Source: Akkermansiaceae bacterium (GTDB lineage: Bacteria; Verrucomicrobiota; Verrucomicrobiia; Verrucomicrobiales; Akkermansiaceae). From it: 64,000 bases of DNA. The notes beneath the pieces were generated by a model that was given only the letters and a program-made list of their open reading frames with translations, had not been told where the DNA came from and ran no database searches. Location of the stretch: NCBI GenBank assembly GCA_029242935.1, contig JAQWSX010000006.1, forward strand, positions 3,319 to 67,318, in the 5' to 3' direction. This document shows, piece by piece, positions 58,645-64,000 of this stretch; the stretch's first letter is position 1; the number at the start of each line of letters is the position of its first letter. The translations under genes were made by a program, and so were the position numbers.

Positions 58645-59826
58645 TTAAACCAAACGAATACTCTGCTTTTTACTGAGTCGGAGGATCTGTCCCGCGTTCG
58701 CATGGAAATCAGCCATGGGATCAGTTAATTTCTCCCCATCAAGCTGAACGGCTCCCGTAGTAATGAATTGCTTACGAAGTTCGCCATTTGACTTTTCCAA
58801 ACTGAAAGCCTCCTTGAAAACCAGACCAACCACTTGAAGCACGTTGCCGCTCAGCTTAGCGGCAGCCATTTCAGGAAGATCAGCAGCATTGAGATCACGC
58901 TTTGAGAAGCGGGTTTCCCAATCCTCACGGGCTGTTTCACCATCTTCCCCACTGTGATAGCGGGCCACGATACGACGAGCCAATTCCTTCTTGGCCTCCA
59001 TGGGATGAAGCGACTCGTCATGTGCATCTCCCAGCAGCAAAAGATAGTAACGATTCATCAAGTCATCGCTGATGCTCATCAACTTTCCGAACATTTCATT
59101 CGGTGGCTCGCTAACTCCCACATAATTGTGAGCGCTTTTAGACATTTTTTTAACTCCATCGAGACCTTCAAGAAGCGGCATGCAGATTACAGATTGTTGG
59201 GATTGCCCCTCTTCCTTCTGAAGATCACGCCCCACGAGCATATTAAAAAGCTGGTCCGTTCCGCCAATCTCAACATCAGCCCGCAGTTCGACCGAATCCC
59301 ATCCCTGCATGATAGGATATTGAATCTCGTGGAGTCTCACCTCGGTCCCTTTGGAAACACGTTCCTTGAAATCCTCACGCTGAAGCATTTGCTGAAGGGT
59401 AACCCGTGCGTTTAACTTAAGAACGCCCTCGTAGCTCATTTTACGAAACCATTCTCCATTGAAAATAATTTCCGTTTTTTCGCGATCAAGGACCTTGAAA
59501 GCTTGATCGGTGTAGGTCTCAGCATTCGCGAGAACCTCTTCACGCGTGAGCGGTGGACGCGCAGTGCTTCGCCCCGTGGGATCGCCGATCATCGCGGTGA
59601 AATCGCCAATCAAAAGAATAGCCTGATGGCCCATTTCCTGAAACTGACGGAGCTTTTCAAGTGGCACAGTGTGCCCCAGGTGAATGTCCGGAGCAGTGGG
59701 ATCAACCCCAAACTTGATCCTCAAAGGACGGCCCTCTTTGAGTTTCTTTTCGAGTTCCTTCTCAGAAATCACCATGGAAGTGCCGCCCACGATTTGGGAC
59801 AGGGCCGGATCTACTGCTTCGCTCAT
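58645..59826 (-). CDS. tyrS: Tyrosine--tRNA ligase (type with a C-terminal S4-like domain)
   Basis: It has the HIGH motif DIHLGH and KMSKS. The start is taken at ATG 59824-59826 (MSEAVDPAL). The longer track ORF to 59967 runs through a terminator hairpin and into tRNA-His. Confidence 0.92.
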   Translation of the reverse strand: MSEAVDPALSQIVGGTSMVISEKELEKKLKEGRPLRIKFGVDPTAPDIHLGHTVPLEKLRQFQEMGHQAILLIGDFTAMIGDPTGRSTARPPLTREEVLANAETYTDQAFKVLDREKTEIIFNGEWFRKMSYEGVLKLNARVTLQQMLQREDFKERVSKGTEVRLHEIQYPIMQGWDSVELRADVEIGGTDQLFNMLVGRDLQKEEGQSQQSVICMPLLEGLDGVKKMSKSAHNYVGVSEPPNEMFGKLMSISDDLMNRYYLLLLGDAHDESLHPMEAKKELARRIVARYHSGEDGETAREDWETRFSKRDLNAADLPEMAAAKLSGNVLQVVGLVFKEAFSLEKSNGELRKQFITTGAVQLDGEKLTDPMADFHANAGQILRLSKKQSIRLV

Positions 59827-59871
59827 GTCAGCGCGAGTCAAGCGGGCCCAGGCCGGAAATTCAAGCGTGCT

Positions 59872-59925
59872 CGAAAACAAAAAGCAAATGCCGCTCAACC
59901 AGATCTTAATGGAAAAGCGGCATTT
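59872..59925 (-). terminator. Rho-independent terminator directly after tRNA-His
   Basis: The stem is a perfect 10 bp: AAATGCCGCT (59886-59895 on the plus strand) pairs with AGCGGCATTT (59916-59925), with a 20-nt loop. On the minus strand the hairpin is followed by GCTTTTTGTTTTC. Confidence 0.65.
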
Positions 59926-59934
59926 CGAAAAGAA

Positions 59935-60011
59935 TGGGGCGACCGACGGGACTCGAACCCGCGACAACCTGAATCACAATCAGGGGCTCTACCAACTGAG
60001 CTACGGCCACC
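59935..60011 (-). tRNA. tRNA-His (anticodon GTG), with genome-encoded G-1 and CCA
   Basis: The minus-strand sequence is GGTGGCCGTAGCTCAGTTGGTAGAGCCCCTGATTGTGATTCAGGTTGTCGCGGGTTCGAGTCCCGTCGGTCGCCCCA. The anticodon stem CCTGA/TCAGG flanks the loop TTGTGAT. The extra 5' G pairs with discriminator C73, the bacterial tRNA-His hallmark. Confidence 0.93.
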
Positions 60012-60031
60012 AACTTTGAGGGCGGGAGCCT

Positions 60032-60056
60032 AAAAAAGAAACTTACGAAAGCAAGC
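60032..60056 (-). terminator. Weak candidate terminator after the deoC-ALDH operon
   Basis: The minus-strand RNA would form CUUGC-uuuc-GUAAG (5 bp including one G-U pair). UUUCUUUUUU follows. The stem is short, so this is tentative. Confidence 0.3.
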
Positions 60057-60073
60057 CGCGATTTTTAAAATTC

Positions 60074-60925
60074 TCATACCCCAACCGGGTGCCACGTTGT
60101 CTTGGTTTCTTGAAAATCGAGAATTCGATAAGGACTCTGTGAGAGGGGGGCATCAGGCTGCAGGGAAACCCTCTTGAGGTTTTCCACCGCTTCCAATTCT
60201 GCACTTTTTCGCTCTTTGGCATCATTTGAGCACAAAAGAAGAGCATTCACATCCATGTGGCGGGCAAATGCTGGCACCAATTCATCGCGCTGGCCGGTAA
60301 GAATATTAACGACCCCAGCCGGAACATCCGCAGTTGCGAGCACTTCGGCGAAGGAGATCGCGGAAAGTGGATTCCCAGACACGAGAATGACCGACCCATT
60401 ACCACCCACTAAAACTGGCGCCATCACCGAAACTAGGCCGGCTAACGAACCATCCGAAGGTGCAACCACCGCAACCACTCCCGATGGCTCGGGAACTGAA
60501 AAGTTAAAATATGGAGAACTCACCGGATTCACGTTCGAAAAAAGCTGCTGATATTTATCACTCCATCCCGCGTAATGGATCAGTAGATCAATCGCAGCAG
60601 CGATATCTTTTTTCGCAGCTACTGGACTCACTCCCTGGAGGGTCATCTCATTTTTAAATTGGTCTGTCCGCCCATCGAGAATCTCGGCGATACGATATAA
60701 GATCTGCCCTCTAAGATAGGCACTCGCACACGCCCAACCTCCACTCGCCTTACGAGCCGCCACAGCAGAATTTCGAAAATCCTTTGGGCTTGCTCGCGAA
60801 ACATTAGTTAGAAACTCACCTTTCGGGCCCGTCACTGCAAGGATTCTCCCGGATTCAGTACGTGGAAATTTCCCTCCAATAAAGAGTTTATAGGTCTTAG
60901 GAATACCAAATTTACTCATGATCAA
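60074..60925 (-). CDS. Truncated aldehyde-dehydrogenase-like protein (NAD-binding half only, no catalytic domain)
   Basis: The 283-aa protein aligns with the first ~250 residues of the upstream ALDH. YKLFIGGKF matches YDLFIGGKW, IHYAGWSDKY matches FYHAGWADKL, and VNILTG matches VNIVTG. It ends before the ELGGK Glu and catalytic Cys motifs. Confidence 0.7.
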   Translation of the reverse strand: MIMSKFGIPKTYKLFIGGKFPRTESGRILAVTGPKGEFLTNVSRASPKDFRNSAVAARKASGGWACASAYLRGQILYRIAEILDGRTDQFKNEMTLQGVSPVAAKKDIAAAIDLLIHYAGWSDKYQQLFSNVNPVSSPYFNFSVPEPSGVVAVVAPSDGSLAGLVSVMAPVLVGGNGSVILVSGNPLSAISFAEVLATADVPAGVVNILTGQRDELVPAFARHMDVNALLLCSNDAKERKSAELEAVENLKRVSLQPDAPLSQSPYRILDFQETKTTWHPVGV

Positions 60926-60937
60926 AATTGCTTCGCG

Positions 60938-62389
60938 TTAGTGGCTGAGTTGACAGTAGGAGGCCAATCCTTGGAGCCCGCCTTCCCTCCCGATTCCACT
61001 TTCCTTGTATCCGCCAAAAGGAGAAGTAGGATCAAACTTATTGAAGGTGTTGGCCCAAACAACACCGGCATTCAGACCGGCAGTCATTTTGAAAATCTTG
61101 GACCCTTTGTCGGTCCATACCCCACCACTGAGACCATAAGGAGTATTGTTGGCCTTCGTAAGCGCCTCCTGTGGAGTTCGGAAGGTCTGGATCGCCAGCA
61201 CCGGACCGAAGATTTCTTCCTGAACGATTCGGTGGCTCTGAGCGCACTCCGTAAACAAAGTTGGCTTGAACCAGTTTCCTTTTCGAGGGACTCCGCCGGA
61301 CGGCTGCCACATGCAAGCACCCTCTTGTTTACCCGCCTTCACCAAGTTCTTGATTCGGTCCAATTGTTCGGGAGAATTTATAGCCCCAATATCGGTATTT
61401 TTATCGAGTGGATTGCCAACGACCAAAGTCTCCATTCTCTTCTGAAGCTTCTTGATCACCTTATCGGAAATACTCTCCTGAACGAACAGGCGTGACCCGG
61501 CACAGCACACATGGCCTTGATTAAAGAAGATTCCATTCACAATCCCTTCGACTGCCTCGTTGATAGGTGCATCTTCAAAGATAATATTTGCAGCTTTACC
61601 CCCAAGCTCGAGTGTGAAGCGTTTACCGGTTCCGGCCATGGATCTCCGGATTGCTTTCCCTACCGCAGTGGAGCCCGTAAAAGCAACCTTGTCGACATCA
61701 GGATGTTCCACAAGGGTCTGACCAGTTTCACCAGCACCAGTTACAATATTAACGACACCAGTAGGAAGCCCTGAGTCTTCGATGAGTTCGGCAAGTTTGA
61801 GTGCAGTCAGCGGAGTCGTTTCGGCTGGTTTCAGAACAATAGTATTTCCACAAGCAAGTGCCGGGGCGATTTTCCAAGCCGCCATCAATAGAGGGAAATT
61901 CCATGGAATGACCTGCCCTACCACTCCGATGGGATTCACTCCGGCACCCGGAAAAGCAAAGTTCAGCTTATCAGCCCAACCGGCATGATAGAAAAAGTGT
62001 GCAGCCGCCAGCGGGACATCAATGTCACGACTTTCACGGATTGGCTTCCCACCATCCATAGATTCAATTACAGCGAACTCCCTCGCTCTTTCCTGAATAA
62101 GTCGGGCAATTCGGAAGAGATACTTACCACGCTCCGCTGCCGGCATTTTAGACCAAACGTTTTCGTAAGCCTTCCGCGCGGCCTTCACAGCTTGATTAAC
62201 CTCCTTCTTCCCGGCCAAACCAACCTTAGAAAGAACTTTTCCGGTCGCAGGATTGGTAGTTGCAAATTGTTTAGGCGCTTTGACCCATTTTCCTCCAATA
62301 AAGAGGTCATAAGACTTCTTGAGCTCGAAGTGGTCGACGGATTCAAGGGCTGGCGAAAAGCCACCTGAGAAAAAATCATTGGCACTCAT
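60938..62389 (-). CDS. NAD(P)-dependent aldehyde dehydrogenase, full length
   Basis: Motifs include VIPWNFPL, FTGSTAVG, LELGGKA, the catalytic Cys in FFNQGHVCCAGSR, and EEIFGPV. Confidence 0.92.
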   Translation of the reverse strand: MSANDFFSGGFSPALESVDHFELKKSYDLFIGGKWVKAPKQFATTNPATGKVLSKVGLAGKKEVNQAVKAARKAYENVWSKMPAAERGKYLFRIARLIQERAREFAVIESMDGGKPIRESRDIDVPLAAAHFFYHAGWADKLNFAFPGAGVNPIGVVGQVIPWNFPLLMAAWKIAPALACGNTIVLKPAETTPLTALKLAELIEDSGLPTGVVNIVTGAGETGQTLVEHPDVDKVAFTGSTAVGKAIRRSMAGTGKRFTLELGGKAANIIFEDAPINEAVEGIVNGIFFNQGHVCCAGSRLFVQESISDKVIKKLQKRMETLVVGNPLDKNTDIGAINSPEQLDRIKNLVKAGKQEGACMWQPSGGVPRKGNWFKPTLFTECAQSHRIVQEEIFGPVLAIQTFRTPQEALTKANNTPYGLSGGVWTDKGSKIFKMTAGLNAGVVWANTFNKFDPTSPFGGYKESGIGREGGLQGLASYCQLSH

Positions 62390-62393
62390 TTTA

Positions 62394-63308
62394 TTAGTCC
62401 TGGGTAAAATAGTCTCCGCTCTGATAACGGCCGGACTCCTGTTTGCGAATCTGCATCAACAAATCATTTGTAAGAGAACTCGCTCCAAAACGGAACCACT
62501 CATTACTCAGCCATTCCGGCCCTAAGACCTCGCGAACCATCACGAGGTATTGCAGGGCAAGTTTGGCATTTGAAATTCCACCGGCGGGCTTCATTCCAAC
62601 CATTCGCCCAGTCCGTTCGTGAAAATCCTCGATAGCCTGAAGCATCACCAAGGTAACCGGAAGAGTCGCGGCAATTGGAACCTTGCCAGTCGATGTCTTG
62701 ATGAAATCAGCACCTGCAGCCATTGCCATGTCACTCGCGAAGCGAACGTTATCAAAAGTTATCAGCTCACCGGTTTCTAGAATCACCTTGAGATGAGCTT
62801 TTCCACAGGCTTCCTTACAAGCTGCCACCTCGTCATAAATCGCGCGGTATTCTCCCTGCAGAAATTGGCCCCGTGAAATGACCATATCAATCTCATCCGC
62901 GCCTTCACCGACGGCATAGCGGACTTCGGCGAGCCGTTCCTTAAGCCGCATTTGACCGCTCGGAAACTGGGTTGCCACAGCAGCGACCCTGACCTTACTG
63001 CCCTGGACGGCATCGAAGGCAGTCTTCACCATTCGAGGATAAACGCAAACAGCAGCAGCAGGGCCCACCGAAGGATCCTGAGGTAGCGGGCGCATCGCCT
63101 TCTGGCACATTTGCCTTACCTTACCAATTGAATCAGCTCCCTCCAGGGTGGTCACGTCGAGCATTGAAACGGCCAACTTTAGAGCGGACATCTTGGTCCC
63201 TTTCTTCAAGCTCCGGGCACAAAACCTCCGAGCCCGCTCTTCGACACCAATCTGGTCGATGGTTGGCGAATCTCGCCGGTCGGGAAAAGGTAAAACCTCA
63301 TATTTCAC
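62394..63308 (-). CDS. deoC: Deoxyribose-phosphate aldolase (long form)
   Basis: It has the Schiff-base Lys context ADFIKTSTGK, plus VCVYP and MKPAGGI. The ALDH start lies 4 nt downstream of the deoC stop. Confidence 0.88.
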   Translation of the reverse strand: MKYEVLPFPDRRDSPTIDQIGVEERARRFCARSLKKGTKMSALKLAVSMLDVTTLEGADSIGKVRQMCQKAMRPLPQDPSVGPAAAVCVYPRMVKTAFDAVQGSKVRVAAVATQFPSGQMRLKERLAEVRYAVGEGADEIDMVISRGQFLQGEYRAIYDEVAACKEACGKAHLKVILETGELITFDNVRFASDMAMAAGADFIKTSTGKVPIAATLPVTLVMLQAIEDFHERTGRMVGMKPAGGISNAKLALQYLVMVREVLGPEWLSNEWFRFGASSLTNDLLMQIRKQESGRYQSGDYFTQD

Positions 63309-63405
63309 AGGGCGAAGCGTAGTTCTTTAGCCGCCCGAGAGCAAGATCGACCAAGCAAAATCCTCGAAAGCGATATTGAGGAGGGAGGTTTCCTAGCCGT
63401 CACCT

Positions 63406-64000
63406 TTAAAGAGCCACAACTCGGAAGAAGAGTTTGGGTGCCCCAACATCTTGGACAATTGTTACAATCTGTCCCGTTCCAGAGATCGGAGTATTAACAG
63501 GTGTCCAGTTTTCGGCACTCAACGTTGTGGAACTCTGAAGCTGATAATTCACGCCAATTACGCTTTGAAACGAAATGGAAAGAGAATTCTCTGAGGAAAT
63601 ACTAGCAGAAGTCGGAACTGCCGAAATTACTGCCGGAGCGGGAGTGAAACGAAAAGCACTGAGAGTGAACCCACGCTTATCTTTTTGGGTTGCTACTGTA
63701 AAAACAAAGCCAGGGGACCTAGCTTGCTCTAGAGTAAATACGATGGGATCTCCCCCTTGTTCATCTCCGGTGAACCCCTCAACTGTATTCAGGGTCGGCA
63801 CCCCTTCTTGATCTAGACGAACCGAGTTTAATTGTCGTCCGGTGTAGTAAACAAGATGGTTGCGACGAACAGCGACAACATCCGTAAAGTCACTGATTGC
63901 CACCCAATCTGATGCCCAGATCGGCGTATCCGGAGAGGATCCATCTGCCTTAGATCGCAGCCAGAAAATCCGATTTTCGAGATTCCCACCACCACCGTCA
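63406..64000 (-). CDS. Hypothetical secreted/surface protein, partial; the 5' end is off the window
   Basis: The track lists 63406-63903, but my translation shows the frame stays open upstream to base 64000 (...DGGGGNLENRIFWLRSKADGSSPDTPIWASDW-VAISDF...). The C-terminus is beta-rich and ends ...YQLQSSTTLSAENWTPV...KLFFRVVAL. Confidence 0.55.
   Translation of the reverse strand, partial: DGGGGNLENRIFWLRSKADGSSPDTPIWASDWVAISDFTDVVAVRRNHLVYYTGRQLNSVRLDQEGVPTLNTVEGFTGDEQGGDPIVFTLEQARSPGFVFTVATQKDKRGFTLSAFRFTPAPAVISAVPTSASISSENSLSISFQSVIGVNYQLQSSTTLSAENWTPVNTPISGTGQIVTIVQDVGAPKLFFRVVAL

Noticed and set aside
59827-59934. Possible T-box riboswitch upstream of tyrS
   Set aside because: Only 108 nt lie between tRNA-His and the start codon. 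There is no specifier-loop/T-box sequence architecture, and the single hairpin is explained as the tRNA terminator.
59827-59967. N-terminal extension of the tyrS ORF (start at 59967)
   Set aside because: The extension would be translated through a strong terminator hairpin and the 3' part of tRNA-His. The conserved TyrS N-terminus begins at Met 59826.
1-64000. CRISPR arrays, rRNA genes, transposases/IS elements and toxin-antitoxin or known defence-system genes
   Set aside because: I found no regularly spaced direct repeats, no rRNA-like conserved stretches and no DDE/serine/tyrosine recombinase motifs in any long ORF. The PIN domain present belongs to a membrane-anchored YacL-like housekeeping protein, not a VapC toxin.

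Overview
This is a dense chromosomal segment, roughly 90% coding and about 50% GC by eye. It carries about 57 protein-coding genes on both strands and two tRNAs (Phe-GAA, His-GTG). I saw no rRNA, CRISPR array, transposase, integrase or phage structural genes. Most of the content is housekeeping. It includes a pentose-phosphate block (opcA-zwf divergent from tal), lipoprotein maturation genes (lnt, lgt) and gltX and tyrS. There is a tight dapB-folK-panB-(GGQ rescue-factor-like)-thyA-folA run. Other recognisable genes are proA, aroE, ribE, xseA, rseP, a UvrD-family helicase, and deoC with two aldehyde dehydrogenase paralogs. Several lineage markers point to the PVC superphylum, most likely Verrucomicrobiota, but this is inference only. 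The markers are a PEP-CTERM protein, a cytochrome-c DUF1592-type protein with a Tat-signal DUF1552 protein, a signal-peptide dehydrogenase/HEAT-repeat protein, and DUF58 plus a transglutaminase. The window is mostly ordinary core genome. Four candidates deserve a second look. (1) An iscA-hscB-hscA-like chaperone operon lacks iscS/iscU/fdx and ends in two translationally coupled, mutually paralogous single-pass membrane proteins of unknown function. (2) A small OB-fold-like protein ends in the canonical SSB tip DDDIPF. (3) A full-length ALDH is followed by a truncated ALDH paralog with no catalytic domain, downstream of deoC. (4) An AT-richer islet encodes an internally duplicated secreted protein and a PEP-CTERM protein. 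All family assignments come from motif recognition by eye; no database search was run.
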